Part shown: positions 40,430 to 54,240 of the stretch, piece after piece | Numbering within the stretch: position 1 is the stretch's first letter | Layout: every line of letters begins with the position of its first letter | DNA from: the human T2T-CHM13v2.0 reference genome, Homo sapiens | Assembly (NCBI RefSeq): GCF_009914755.1 | Contig: NC_060928.1 | Reading direction: 5' to 3' (one strand) | Length of the DNA: 64,000 nt | Position numbers and translations under genes: made by a program | Notes under the pieces: generated by a model | Told to the model about the DNA's origin: nothing | The model's input: only the letters and a program-made list of their open reading frames with translations | Database searches by the model: none

Positions 40430-41801
40430 CTTGAAAATATGAATCAACCATGCAAGTAATTACACATGTAGTCTCCATAATAAACAAATTTTTAAAGATG
40501 AAAAGCATATACACAAGGTTATTAGCTAATTTGTTTCTATCATTAGCTAAAAATTTTCTATTATTAGCAAAAAATTAAAATGTTCTAATATTAGCAAAAA
40601 TTAATCCTAAGCATATAAAATTCAGTGCTATAATTCATTGTACATGCATATAATGGACTATAACACACTCATTGCCAATAATAGGGTAGATTGATTTAAT
40701 TACATGAAAAGACTTCATACGTTGTTAAATTTTTAAAAAGATTTAAAGTGATCCTTACACAATGACACCATTTTATAAGAAGTTTTAAAACATATGCATT
40801 ATTTAAAGTATAGAAAAATATATGTAAAGAATTTTATCAGTTGTTACTTCTAGATAGCGAAATTTTAGTTGGTTTATTATTTTATTACTTCCTTTAATTG
40901 TTCAATAATAAATGTATTTTATTTACTTTTTGAACACTATATAAGTACTCCAAATTGAAGACAAGTATATATTTCTTAATTATAATAATGACACACTTTA
41001 CCATTTAAAGTGGTACATGTTAATGCCTGTCTACCTGGATCATACACTCCCTTGACAATAATAGGTAAATTACCAGGTAAATTAAATCTTACCTAATTAC
41101 TTATTTCTTTATCCTATATTCTATTCTCTTCATTGTTGGTAAGGTGAGCTACTGTAAAGATGGAGAAAAATGTTTTGAAATCTGAGGTCCTCTCCTAGGT
41201 CTACCTTCTCCTTTGAGAAAAATTATTCTGAATATTCCTTGTTTTTTGAAAAACTGTTGCAAAACACATCATCCAGCTCCAAAGAGTAACATTTATCTTG
41301 CTTATTTTGCTAAGGTTTCCTATCTCATTTTTTACTCAAGAAGCACAGCAATCAATGCTAGGTCACTATTCCCTTTATTGATCCAAGAAATATTTATGTA
41401 ATGTCAACTGTGTGCTAAGCATACATCTGGAATTGAAGCCTAAATGTAAATATGGCTAAATATGTCAACTGCTATCTAAAACTAAGTGTTATTAACGATT
41501 GAAAGAATCTGATAATGAAAGAAATGCTAATTGCATTACTTTTCTCCTCAATCACTACAGGAGAATAACATGCAATAAACAACTGAAAAATAATAATAAA
41601 AATATTGTAATCAAAGGACTATATATCTCTGAACTCATGTAAGGGTATTTTTTCTTTTATTTTCTCCTTTATTTTCAACTGATAAAATTTGGGCTATCAG
41701 ATTTTATTTGAATATTATTTTAAAAGATTACAATGACAGCATTCCCGTTACTCATATACAGTAGAGAGAAATAGGAAAAGTAAGATGGAACTATCCTAAT
41801 A

Positions 41802-42394
41802 CAGCCATGTGCCTCGTAAAGATGTTTTGGTCAATGACAAACCATATATATGAGGCTGGGCCCATAAAATTATAATGGACCTAAAAAATTCTTATCACAT
41901 GGAGGCATCATAGCTGTCATAATATTGTAGCTCAATTACTTATTTTTAAATAAACCTAGTGTATCCTAAGTGTACAGTGTTCATAAAGTCTACAGTAGTG
42001 TACAGTAATGTCCTAGCCTTTCACTTTCACTAACCACTTACTCACTGAGTCACCCTGAACAACTTTCAGTCCTGCAAGGTCCATTCATGCTAAGTACCCA
42101 ATAAAAGGATACCATTTTTGAACATTTTATACTGTATTTTTACTGTGCCTTTTCTATGTTTAAATATTTTAGGAACACAAATACTTGCTGTAGGCAATTG
42201 TAATTGCCTGCAATATTCAGTACAGTAACATGCTATCCAGATTTGTAGCCTAGGAGCAGTAGGCTATACCACATAGTTGAGGAGTATAGCAGGCTATATC
42301 ATCTAGGTTTGTGTTAGTACACTCACACAAACATGAAATCACCCAACAACACATTTCTCAGAACTTATTCCAGTCATTAAGCAATACATGACTG
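41802..42394. mobile_element. Tigger3-type (MER7; Tigger3c-like) TcMar non-autonomous DNA transposon
   Basis: TIR-like ends cagccatgtgcc... and ...gcaatacatgactg, flanked by TA on both sides. Internal 'ttgtagcctaggagcagtaggctatacc'. Confidence 0.88.
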
Positions 42395-42474
42395 TACTTA
42401 CTTGTTGAATCCTAGATAAAATATTTTACATATATCAGAATTTATTTCAAAAGATGTTATGTGTAACTTTAATA

Positions 42475-42702
42475 TAGGTTGAGTATCCCTAATCCAAAGA
42501 TGTGAAATCTGAAATGCCCCCAAATCCAAAATTTTATGAGTTCTTACAAGATGCTCTAAGAAAATGCTCATTGGAGCATTTCAGATTTGGGGTTTTCAGA
42601 ACAGAGATGCTCAACTGGTAATGTAAATATCCAAAATCTGAAAAAATCCAAAATCTGAAACACTCTGGTCCCAAGCATTTCAGATAAGGTACACTCAACA
42701 TG
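42475..42702. mobile_element. Tigger4a (MER46A)-like MITE
   Basis: TIR-like ends 'taggttgagtatccc' and 'ggtacactcaacatg', TA flanks, and repeated 'aaatctgaaa'. Confidence 0.88.
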
Positions 42703-43406
42703 TAATACAAGAGAATACCATCCTATTTAATTATGACCGTCTGAGCTACAATGTGTGAATTCAGAAACACTGTGAATTTTCTTAGCTAATTTGTTGCTTT
42801 CTTTATAAAATGCAGATTATGAAGAGAAATGAACAACCCACTAGAGACTCAATTCAAGTTCATTGAATCAATTCACTTAATTTCAACAAATGTTTATTGA
42901 ACACCCACTGAGTGTCAAATCTTGGCACTGGAGTAATTCATTCATGAGGGGCCTGGATGGTTATCAATTAATAGTACTTGCAATGTTTTCATTGCTGTAT
43001 GTGTATTGGGCAGGGTTCTGAGATACTTGACATATTAAATACTATTAATTCTTAGAGGAATGACATAGAAAGTTAAATAAATATTATTTCTCTGTACTCA
43101 TGACTATCACTTCTTCTGTAATAACCTATTTGTTAGAAAATTGTGCATTGAAAACAAATGAAAAATTCATAGCTGATAACAAATGCAAATAGAAATCAAG
43201 TTTGCAAATTATTTTGAGACTTTACAAAAATCCTGACAAATCAACATCTGTTCCCAGAAAGTTACTGAGACATGCTAAAAAAATAAAGAAAAATGAATTT
43301 ATACATAAAATCATAAGGCTAAATGAGATTTCAAGATAAGTGTCTTTTTTTTTTTTTTTGGCTTCTCAGGAAAAAGAGTACCAAATTCTTCATCCCAAAA
43401 AATGGA

Positions 43407-43533
43407 TTTTTTTTTTTTTCCAAATAGAGACAAGGTCTCACTGTGTTGCCCAAACTGGTCTTGAATTCCTCTGCTCAAGTGATCCTCCCGTCGCTGCCTC
43501 CCAAAGTGCAGGGATAAGCCACCATGTCTGAAC
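43407..43533 (-). mobile_element. FLAM_C-like Alu monomer
   Basis: poly(T) followed by 'agagacaaggtctcactgtgttgcccaaactggtcttgaattcc...ctcccaaagtgc'. Imperfect TSD aaaatgg..tttt. Confidence 0.85.
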
Positions 43534-44082
43534 CAAAATGGCTATTTTATTCATGTAAATCTCCAAAAGAAATTTTTAAAATTGTGTTAGGAGATTAATT
43601 TGTTCACAAAAGTAATATTTATTGAATTCCATGGAAACCCATTTAATGTCACTTAATATGGACAAAACCTAATGAGATTACCATTTAGCTGAAAATTTTC
43701 ATTTTTTTAATACTGAATTTTCTTTTAACTTCTCAGATTATTCTAAAATATTACACACCCCCAGGCCTCTTTTTAGTATTATCTTAAATCTACTGTAAAA
43801 ATTCTCACATAGTTATTTTAATATGTACAATGTCTAAACACCTATAATTTAACCAGAGTATAACCTTAGTGGATAAACTTTTATGGTAGATAAAGCACAA
43901 AAAACAAAAATTCAAGATTTTTATTTTATATCCAGTTTTTCTTGCCACCGGTGGTTTATCTGAACTCTAGTCATTGGTGAAGAAAACTACTTACACAGGA
44001 TGCTCGATGGTTCAGGCTTGGGACAAGAAATTGTACTCCTGTTAAGTGAGGTACCCATGGGTGGTAAAAAAGTAGAAAAGGA

Positions 44083-44400
<318 letters not shown>

Positions 44401-44781
44401 TCAGAGTCAGCCCTGAATAGTTCCGCTTGGTCATTTGCTTTCTGCATGGCAATGTGGCTTAGAAAACAGGTCTACTCTCAGGAATGGGCATGTGGCAGAT
44501 ACAAATCCACACCCCAAAAGTTGTGTGTGTCTGTGTGTTTGGCCATTAGGAACTTTTGATGATACATTGCCCTCCAGTACTCTAGATCAAACCCTGATAA
44601 CTCAAAGTCCCTCTTCCTTCCCACCTGACACTCACTTCCAAAGTCCCAGAGAAAGGAATTTGCCTCAAGCAGGCTGAGCTTGGCTGCACTTCCAGAAGTG
44701 ACCGAATGAAATTACATTTACTCCAGAAGAAAAGGATGTGTGCACTTTAGGGGGACAATTCACAATTAAATATTGGGCCTC

Positions 44782-47084
44782 TGTATTAATCCGTTTTCAC
44801 ATTGCTGATAAAGACATACCTAAGACTAGGAAGAAAAAAAGGTTTAATTGGACTTACAGTTCCACATGGCTGGACACATCTCAGAATCATGGTAGGAGGT
44901 GAAAGGCACTTCTTTATGTGGTGGCAGCAAGAGAAAATGAGGAAGATGCAAAAGCAGAAACCCCTAACAAAACCATCAGATCTCATGAGACTTATTCACT
45001 ACCATGAGAATAGTATGGGGGAAACCACTCCCATGATTCAAATTATCTCCCACTGGGTGCCTCCCACAACACGTGGGAATTATGGGAGTATAATTCAAGA
45101 TGAGATTTGGGTGGGGACACAGCCAAACCATATCATTCCACCCCTGGCCCCTCTGAATCTCATGTCCTCACATTTCAAAACCAATCATGCCTTCACAACA
45201 GTCCCCCAAAGTCTTAACTCATTTCAGCATTAACTCAAAAGTCCACAGTCCAAAGTCTCATCTGAGACAAAGCAAGTCCCTTCCACCTATAAGCCCATAA
45301 AATCAAAAGCAAGTTAGTTACTTCCTAGATACACTGGATACAGGCATTGTATAAATACAGCCATTCCAAATGGGAGAGGTTGGCCAAAACTAAGGGGCTA
45401 CTGGCCCCATGCAAGTCTAAGATCCAGCAGGGCAGTCATATCTTAAAGCTCCAAAATGTTCTTTTTTGATGCCATGTATGACATCTGGGTTATGCCAATG
45501 CAAGAGGTGGGTTCCAATGGTCCTGGACAGCTCCACTCCTGTGGCTTTGCAGGGTACAGCCTCCCTCCTCGCTGCTTTCATAGGCTGGCATTGAATGTCT
45601 GTGGCTTTTCTAGGTACACAGTGCAAGCTGTCAGTGAATCTACCATTCTGGGGTCTGGAGGACAGAGGACAGTGGCCCTCTTCTCACAGCTCCACTAGGT
45701 GGTGTCCCAGTAGGGACTCTGTGTGGGGGCTCCAACCCTATATTTCCCTTTGAGGTTCTCCATGAGAGCTCTGCCCCTGCAGCAAACTTCTGCCTGGGCA
45801 TTCAGACATTTCCACAGATCTTCTGAAATCTAGATGGAGGTTCCCAAACCTCAATTCTTGACTTCCATGTACTCGCAGGCTCAACACCACATGGAACTCC
45901 CAAGGCTTGGGGCTTGCACCCTCTGAAGACACAACCTGTGCTCTATGTTGGCCTCTTTCAGCCACAGCTGGAGCAGCTGGGACACAGGGCACCAAGTCCC
46001 TAGACTGCACACAGCACAGGGACCCTGGGCCCTGCCCATGAAACCATTTTCTCTTGGGCCTCTTGGCCATGATGGGAGGGGCTGTCGTGAAGCCCTCTGA
46101 CATGGCCTGGAGACATTTTCCCCATTGTCTTGGGGATTAACATTCTGCTCCTTGTTACTTATGCAAATTTCTGCAGCTATTGTTACTTTTGCAAATTACT
46201 GCAGCTGTCTTGAATTTCTCCTCAGAAAATAGGCTTTTCTTTTCTATCACATTGTCAGGCTGCAAATTTTCCAAGCTTTTATGCTCTGTTTCCCTTTTAC
46301 AACTGAATGCTTTTAACAGCACCCAAGTCACCTCTTGAATGCTTTGCTGCTTAGAAATCTCTTCTGCCATATACCCTAAATCATCTCTCTCAAGTTCAAA
46401 GTTCCATGAATCTCTAGGGCAGGGGCAAAATGCCACCAGTCTTTTTGCTAAAGCATAACAAGAGTCACCTTTGCTCCATTTCCCAACAAGCTTCTCATTT
46501 CCATCCGAGACCACCTCAGCCTAGACCTTATTGTTCATATCACTATCAGCAATTTTGTCAAAGCCATTCAACAAGTCTCTAGAAAGTTCCAAACCTTCCC
46601 ACATTTTCCTGTCTTCTTTTGAGCCCTCCAAATTCTTCCAACCTCTGCTTGTTACCAGTTCCAAAGTTGCTTCCACATTTTCAGGTATCTTTTCAGCAAC
46701 ACCCTACTCTACTGGTACCAATTTACTGTATTAGTCTGTTTTCACATTGCTGATAAAGGCATACCTGAGACTCGCGGGGGAAAAAAAGAGGTGTAATTGG
46801 ACTTACAGTTCCTTATAGCTGGGGAGGCCTCAGAACCACAGCGGGAGGCAAAAGGCATGTCTTACATGGTGGCAGCAAGAGAAAATAAGGAAGAAGCGAA
46901 AGCAGAAACACCTGAGAAACCCATCAGAACTTGTGAGACTTATTCACTACCACCAGAACAGTATAGGGGAAAAAACCCCCACGATTCAAATTATGTCCCA
47001 CCACATCCCTCCACAACATGTGGGAATTATGGGAGTATAAATCAAAATGAGATTTGGGTGGGAACACAGAACCAAGCCATATCA
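44782..47084 (-). mobile_element. Complete THE1A MaLR provirus: 3' LTR 44782-45135, internal region 45136-46726, 5' LTR 46727-47084
   Basis: Two homologous LTRs (tgtatta...catatca) flank a ~1.6 kb THE1-int region, whose peptide is ELERDDLGYMAEEISKQQSIQEV. Perfect TSD gcctc at 44777-44781 and 47085-47089. Confidence 0.95.
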
Positions 47085-47334
47085 GCCTCTCTGCATACAT
47101 TTTCAAAAAATGATTAGGGAAAAATGTGATAGGGACTAGATTTATTATCACATAAATGTTTCTGCCTCCTTGCCTACCTTCCTCTTCTCCTTTCCCCCAG
47201 GGAAAGATATAAGGTCTTGAATACACATGACAATCATATGTATTATGAGTTATGATAGTAATATGTATTATGGTAATTTTTACTAGGTTATTAAAATGTG
47301 TACTGTCTCTTTCTATACATTAGAGAGTAAAGAG

Positions 47335-47404
47335 AAATATTTAATTGGGAATAAATATTTAATTGGGAGTTTTATATAGATATATATAACTCCCAATTAA
47401 ATAT
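47335..47404. repeat. Direct plus inverted repeat (near-perfect 50-bp palindrome)
   Basis: aaatatttaattggga occurs twice. Arms atatttaattgggagtt (47355-47371) and aactcccaattaaatat (47388-47404) are exact reverse complements. Confidence 0.9.
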
Positions 47405-47594
47405 CAATATAATATATGTTACAATCAGGTTCCAAATGATATTTTAGCACTGTCAGCCTAAAAATAAGTAATAAAAAGCATGCTCATATTACCATCCCCT
47501 CCCATCCCCAAAATAATCAAACTAAAGGATGCAAAACATTCAAGAAACAAAAGACAGCACACCAAAGTCAAACAGGGAGTATAATCCATCCATG

Positions 47595-48680
47595 GACTTC
47601 TTGTCACTATACACTCACTCTTGAGGTAGTCCAATACAGTTCAGTGGATTAAATACCATTTTTAAGTTCATGTCTTCCAGCCTTCTATATCTAGTCTAGA
47701 TCATTCCCTTGAATTCCAGACATATATCTAACCAGCTCTTTATTCTCTTCACTCAGATATGTAGTACACATCTCAAACCTTTCATGTCCAAAACTGGGCT
47801 CCCGAGAGAGTTTCTCCTAGATCTGTTCCTCTCACAGTTTATTAGTTCTATTTTCCCCAAGGGCTCAGCCAAAATCCTGAGAGTCACCTTTTTTTTTTCT
47901 TTTTGTTTCTTTCATATTCATATCTCATCTGTTACTAAATCCTGTTGGCTTTACTCTTAAAATATGTCCAGAATCTGACCTCTTGCCTCTCCCTCCATTG
48001 TTATCACCTACCTTTTACCTGAAACATGGTCTCCCAGTTTCTGTCCTTACTCTCTTCTTATTCTCTTCCCCAAAAAGACACATGAATGATCTTGTTCAAA
48101 CCTAAATCAAGTACCTCATCACTGTTCAAAACTCTGCACTGATTTCCCACCTCACTCAGATTAAAAGCCAAAGCCCTCACAAGGCCCCCAAGTCTCTTTG
48201 TGATTTGCCCTCTCCCATCACCTCTAGGGCTTCATCTCCTATTCACCTCATTCTAGCTCACTCTGCTCTAATGCATCACTCTCATTGCCATTACTGAAGC
48301 AGCATGATCTAGCTTGAGGGCATTTATACTGTGCCTTGGGGTTCTTTCTCCTCACAGCCACCTGGCTCCCCCTATTCCTCCTCTTGATCCCCCCTCAAGT
48401 GTCCCCTTCTCATTGAGACCTCCCTGGATACCCTAACCAAAATTGCAACCCCCATTCCATACTGAAATTTCCTAATCCCCCTCTCTGCTTTAATTTCCTC
48501 CCTAGCACTTATTTAGTTATTTTATTATCCAGCATCCCACTTCCACCCATATATGCTTCATGAAGGCAGGTATTTTTGTCTGTTTTATTCTAATAGAGAT
48601 GGCCTGCACATAGTGCCTAGCTAATACAGGTGGGCAGCACATAGTTGATACACAACAAATATTTCTTAAATTAATGAACG
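47595..48680 (+). mobile_element. L2 (L2a-like) 3' region
   Basis: 'catctcaaacctttcatgtccaaaactg', 'cctcactcagattaaaagccaaagccctcac', 'catgaaggcagg...tttgtctgtttt', and a terminal 'ttaatgaa'. Confidence 0.75.
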
Positions 48681-50552
48681 CATTACCCATAGAATGATGG
48701 TAGTAACCTGGGAAGATATCTGAGTCAAAAAGGAAATAAAGAAAGGAAGAAAAAAATACTTATTTAAGAACATCTGGGGAGTATAGCTACAATTTGCCCA
48801 TCAAATGGATTAACAGATAGTGAAAATAAACCACTATCGGTCTATTTTTGTTGTTTCACTTTCTCTACCTACCAGTCTCACTGTAAAAATATCTTCAGAA
48901 ACCTCCTTGTTTTGTATTGGTGAGTTTCTGGCAATCTTGTCACAACCAAACTGCTTTCACAGCCCCCTTCTCCCAGCTAATATATGAATTAGAAAGGGAA
49001 TACTTTAACAGTATCTGGACATGCAGGCTACATTTTTCAATGTCCAGATTTATGTAATAGAGATTTAAATTGCTGAAGAGAATAAATACAATCATTGGAG
49101 CCATTTACATTTGCATTACTTTAATTGAGTTGGAAATATGTTTGGAAAAGAGATTGTATATTTAGTGTTGATGTATCTACCAGTTTCAGTAACTGGCTAA
49201 GGATAGGGACAAATAATTAGAAAATGAGAAAACACATGTTACACTTAGTTTTTATTTCAACAAGATAACTGGATAGAATTTTTTGACCATGTTTTATAAA
49301 AATCATCTGTTAGATGCAGTAAGCTCAAGCAAACATAAATGTAACCTTCCATTTCTATCTCTGAGGTCCAAGTGACAATGATTCAGAAGTGCCATATTCA
49401 GAATATAATTCATAGATAATTATGTTCCATATTTGTAAGGAATCTAGTACATAAATCCTTAAATGGAGCAGTTTAACCAACTTTAAAAGAATGAACAGCT
49501 GAATTGAATTGTAATGATATAATGTAGAATCATAAAAATTGAAAGAGTATAGTCACCTTGTAAATTTTCTCCATTTCATATTTACGTTCTCTCCTCTATT
49601 TATTGTGTCATATATCAAATGATTCTGCTTCCTCAGAAACCCATTTTTATAAAACTAGCACTATGTTACAGCTATGGTAAATGTGGAGTAGGAAGTTAAG
49701 GATACATGACCTCATATATGTTCCAGATGGCCTTGTATGATTTCTTCAATCTTTCTGAAATGCAAATAAGCCCTATGGAGCTCATTCAAATGGTGACATT
49801 TAAATATTCACTAACCTAAGATTTTCTTGGGTGAAGAAGTCTGGACAAATATGTACATTTGGAAAGCAATGGAGTCTTAGTTATTTCATAGGGCTGCTTA
49901 TAGAAGTCATGGCTAATCCTATGAGTTACCAAATAAAATAAATCATGTTGTAGCTTGAACAAATCCCTCATTCTGAGTGTCAAATTAAGGTGGCTAATAT
50001 ATCCATGGGTCTTAGAAATATCCATGATTACTGTTGATAAAACTAGATTATTTAAATTGCCACTGAATTGCCCCTGACAATTACTTTGTCATGATCAGAG
50101 AAAAAGCTGACTGCATTTCATAAGGTGATGTCTAAGCTATTACACAATGTGATACATGAAGCATTTGCCATTACCTTGCTAAGAAGACATTTATTTCATA
50201 AGGTTCTGATTTATAATTTTTAAGATATTCCTCTGTTTGTTGCTAATAACTACTTTGTCTACTTGGAGTAGCATCACAGGATGTTCCTATTTATCTCTCT
50301 ATCACATATTTTTAGCTTTCCTGAATCTCATCCATGCATATTATTTTATTAAAAAATAAAAATATCATTAGCATATTTCACAGAAACATTCAATGCTATC
50401 CTTCCTTATTATTTGTAAGAATACAGATACGTAAAATATTTACAATTTATAAAGCAGTTGTATTTACAAAGCAGTTATATGACATAAAATTCTTAAAGTC
50501 AAACCAAATCTTTTCAGGACATCAATTTTACTCAAAAGTGAATATAAAACAA

Positions 50553-53528
50553 TTTTTTTATTATTATACTTTAAGTTCTGGGGTACATGTGCAGAATGTA
50601 TAGGGTTGTTACATAGATACACATGTGCTATGGTGGATTGCTGCATCCATCAACCCATCATCTACATTAGGTATTTCTCCTAATGCTATCCCTCGCCTAG
50701 CCCCCCACCCCCTGACAGACCCTGGTGTGTGATGTTCCTCTCCCTGTGTCCATGTGTTCTCATTGTTCATCTCCCACTTCTGAGTGAGAACATGCAGTGT
50801 TTGGTTTTCTGTTCTTGTGTTAGTCTGCTGAGAGTGATGGTTTCCAGCTTCATCCATGTCCCCACAAAGGACATGAACTCATCCTTTTTTATGGATGCAT
50901 AGTATTCCATGGTGTATATGTACCACATTTTCTTTATCCAGTCTATCATTGATGGGCATTTGGTTGGTTCCAAGTCTTTGCTATTGTGAACAGTGCCACA
51001 ATAAACATACATGTGTATGTGTCTTTATAGTAGAATGATTTATAATCCTTTGGGTATATACCCAGTAATTGGATTGCTGGGTCAAATGGTATTTCTGGTT
51101 CTAGATCCTTGAGGAATCACCACACTGTCTTCCACAATGGTTGAACTAATTTACACTCCCACCAACAGTGTAAAAGCATTCCTATTTCTCCACATCCTTT
51201 CCAGAATCTGTTGTTTCCTGACTTTCTATTGATCACCATTCTAACTGGCGTGAGTGATATCTCATTGTGGTTTTGATTTGCATTTCTCTAAAGACCAATG
51301 TTGATGAGCTTTTTTTCATATATTTGCTGGCTTCATAAATGTCTTTTGAGAAGTGTCTGTTCATATCCTTCACACAGTTTTTGGTGGGCTTGTTTTTTTA
51401 TTTTCTTGTAAATTTAAGCTTTTGTAGATTCTGGATATTAGCCCTTTGTCAGATGGATAGATTGCAAAAATTTTCTCTCATTCTGTAGGATGCCTGGTCA
51501 CTCCGATTGTGGGTGTTCAATCAGGCTGATGGGAAAAATATAAAAGATAGTTATAGTAATAGCCACAAACCTTGGAAGGCCAAGAAGTTTGCATAGCTTT
51601 AGTAAGGGTTATGGCTGAAGGCAACCTGATCCTTAACTTAAGTAAATAGCTTAAAATTAGTACAAAGGAAGGCAGAATAGTTTACCTAACTAGCTTGTTT
51701 ACTCATGTGGTCCTAAGACTAACCTTTGATCTACTGCGGGTGTTTAATTACTTTCTACTCAGGAGGTCCGCAATGTCAATTACACTCTAGTGATGTTTAC
51801 TCATGACTTTTGTCAATTAATCTTTACTAAATAAATGCAAGTCTCACTGACTGAGAGACTTGCCATGGCCATGGCTGCTACTAATTGGCCGGATCACTCA
51901 GCTGGACTGGCAAAGCAGAATATCTACATGTCATTGTACATTATTCATCCATCATTGGGCCAGGGTCTGCAGGACGAACCCCTGCATCTGACGAAAGATT
52001 ATTTTGTTGTGCAGAAGCTCTTTCATTTAATTATATCTCAATTGTCTATTTTGGCTTTTGTTGCCATTGCTTTTGGTGTTTTAGTCATGAAGTCTTTGCC
52101 CATGCCTATGTCCTGAATGGTATTGCCTAGGTTGTCTTCTAGGGCTTCTATGGTTTTAGGTCTTATGCTTAAGTCTTTAATCCATCTTGAGGTAATTTTT
52201 TATAAGGTGTGAGGAAGGGATCCAGTTTCAGCTTTCTACATATGGCTATCCAGTTTTCCCAACACCATTTATTAAATAGGGAATCCTTTCCCCATTGCTT
52301 GTTTTTGTCAGGTTTGTCAAAGATCAGATGGTTGTAGATGTATGGCATTATTTCTGAGGCCTCTGTTCTGTTCCAGTGCTCTCTATATATGTTTTGGTAC
52401 CAGTATCATGCTGTTTTGGTTACTGTAGCCTTGTAGTATAGTTTGAAGTCAGGTAGCGTGATGCCTCCAGGTTTGTTCTTTTTGCTTAGAATTATCTTGG
52501 CCATAAGGGGTTTTTTTTTTTGGTCCATATGAACTTTAAAGTAGTTGTTTCCAATTCTGTGAAGAAAGTCAATGGTAGCTTGATGGAGATAGCATTGAAT
52601 CTATAGATTACTTTGGGGAGTATAGCCATTTTCACAATACTGATTCTTCCTATCCATGAGCATGGAATGTTTTTGCATTTGTTTGTGTCCTCTCTTATTT
52701 CCTTCAGCAGTAGTTTGTAGTTCTCCTTGAAGAGGTCCTTCACATCTCTTGTAAGTTGTACTGCTAGCTATTTTATTCTCTTAGTAGCAATTGTGAATGG
52801 GAGTTCACTAATGATTTGGCTCTCTGTTCGTCTGTTATTGGTGTATAGGAATGCTTGTGATTTTTGCATATTGATTTTGTATCCTGAGACTTTGCTGAAG
52901 TTGCTTATCAGCTTAAGGAGGTTTGGGGCTGAGATGATATGGTTTTCTAAATATACAATCATGTTATCTGTAAACAGAGACAATTGGACTTTCTCTCTTC
53001 CTATTTCAATAAACTTTATTTCTTTCTCTTGCCTGATTGCCCTGGCCTGAACTTCCAATACTATGTTGAATAGGAGTGGTGAGAGAGGGCATCCTTGTCT
53101 TGTGCCAGTTTTCAAAGGGAATGTTTCCAGCTTTTGCCCTTTCAGTATGATATTGGCTGTGGGTTTGTCATAAATAGCTCTTACAATTTTGAGATATGGT
53201 CCATCAATGCCTATTTATTGAAAGTTTTTAGCATGAAGGGCTGTTGAATTTTGTTGAAGGCCTTTTCTGCATCTATTGAGATAATCATGTGGTTTTTGTC
53301 TTTGGTTCTGTTTATGTGATGGATTATGTTTATTGATTTGCATATGTTGAACCAGCCTTGCATCCCAGGGATGAAGCCAACTTGATCATGGTGCATAAGC
53401 TTTTTGATGTGCTGCTGGATTTGGTTTGCCAGTATTTTATTGAGGATTTTCGCATCGATGTTCATCAGGGATATTGGCCAGAAATTTTCTTTTTTTATTG
53501 TGTCTCTGCCAGGTTTTGGTATCAGGAT
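50553..53528 (-). mobile_element. 5'-truncated L1PA7-like LINE, interrupted by LTR22
   Basis: Tail 'ttatactttaagttctggggtacatgtgcagaatgt...tacattaggtatttctcctaatgc'; ORF2 peptides [22 protein letters not shown] and [18 protein letters not shown]. Imperfect TSD aaaacaatttt/aaaaaaatttt. Confidence 0.93.
51508..51986 (+). mobile_element. LTR22-family solo LTR (HERV-K HML-5)
   Basis: 'tgtgggtgttcaatcaggctgatgggaaaaa...tagccacaaaccttggaaggcc...cagggtctgcaggacgaacccctgca' with TG..CA termini. Degenerate 6-bp TSD tccgat/tctgac within L1 sequence. Confidence 0.82.
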
Positions 53529-53769
53529 TAAAAAAAATTTTATTAAAGGTAGTGCAATGTATTAAGGAGTAGAATTTTTAAAGTTATATGCATTTTTCAT
53601 AGAAAAATTAATAAACTAAATAAATTTTGTGGTTTGTGTGGCTAACTCAGATTTAGCCACAGACTCTCGGTATTATATATTTACATCCATAAGGCCTCAA
53701 GACATACTTAGGTAGAAATTGAGACACACAGAATACCTTATTTTGTTTTTATTATTCTAAACGTTCTAA

Positions 53770-53890
53770 CAACTGTGTATGGTAGTCAGGGCAGAAATTT
53801 AGCAATCTCATTTTTACAGGGGAGGAATCTGAAGCTAAAAAGAATTAAATTATTGCCATAAAATAATAAAATGTTAAGTGGTAGACCCTG
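53770..53890 (-). mobile_element. MIR fragment
   Basis: 'tctcatttttacaggggaggaatctgaagct'. Confidence 0.55.
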
Positions 53891-54158
53891 TCCCACATCT
53901 TTTAACAAGTCTAAATCTCCTTTCTGAATTTTATTTGTCTTAATAATAGTTGTGATGGACAAAGAATTAGAAAGGAAAAGTAGTTAAGGCATAGACAAGA
54001 ATGGACTTAAATCATTAAATCGGGACTCCATGTTCTTCTCCAATTCTAATATATACTTTTTCTGGTTTATATACATTCATTTTAATAAATTTTATCACTA
54101 GGGAACTTTCAATATAGCTCAATTGCCAAAAGTATCTGGCATGAATCACTCACAGGTA

Positions 54159-54201
<43 letters not shown>

Positions 54202-54240
54202 CCTATCTATCTATCATCTACCTACCTACCTATCTAGCTA
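54159..54240. repeat. (CTAT)n/(CTAC)n compound tetranucleotide STR
   Basis: About 10 perfect CTAT units at 54159-54200, followed by variant units. Confidence 0.95.

Noticed and set aside
44802-46514. Cluster of 120-143 aa ORFs suggesting an operon-like system
   Set aside because: All lie within the THE1A LTR or internal sequence; they are broken remnants or chance frames.
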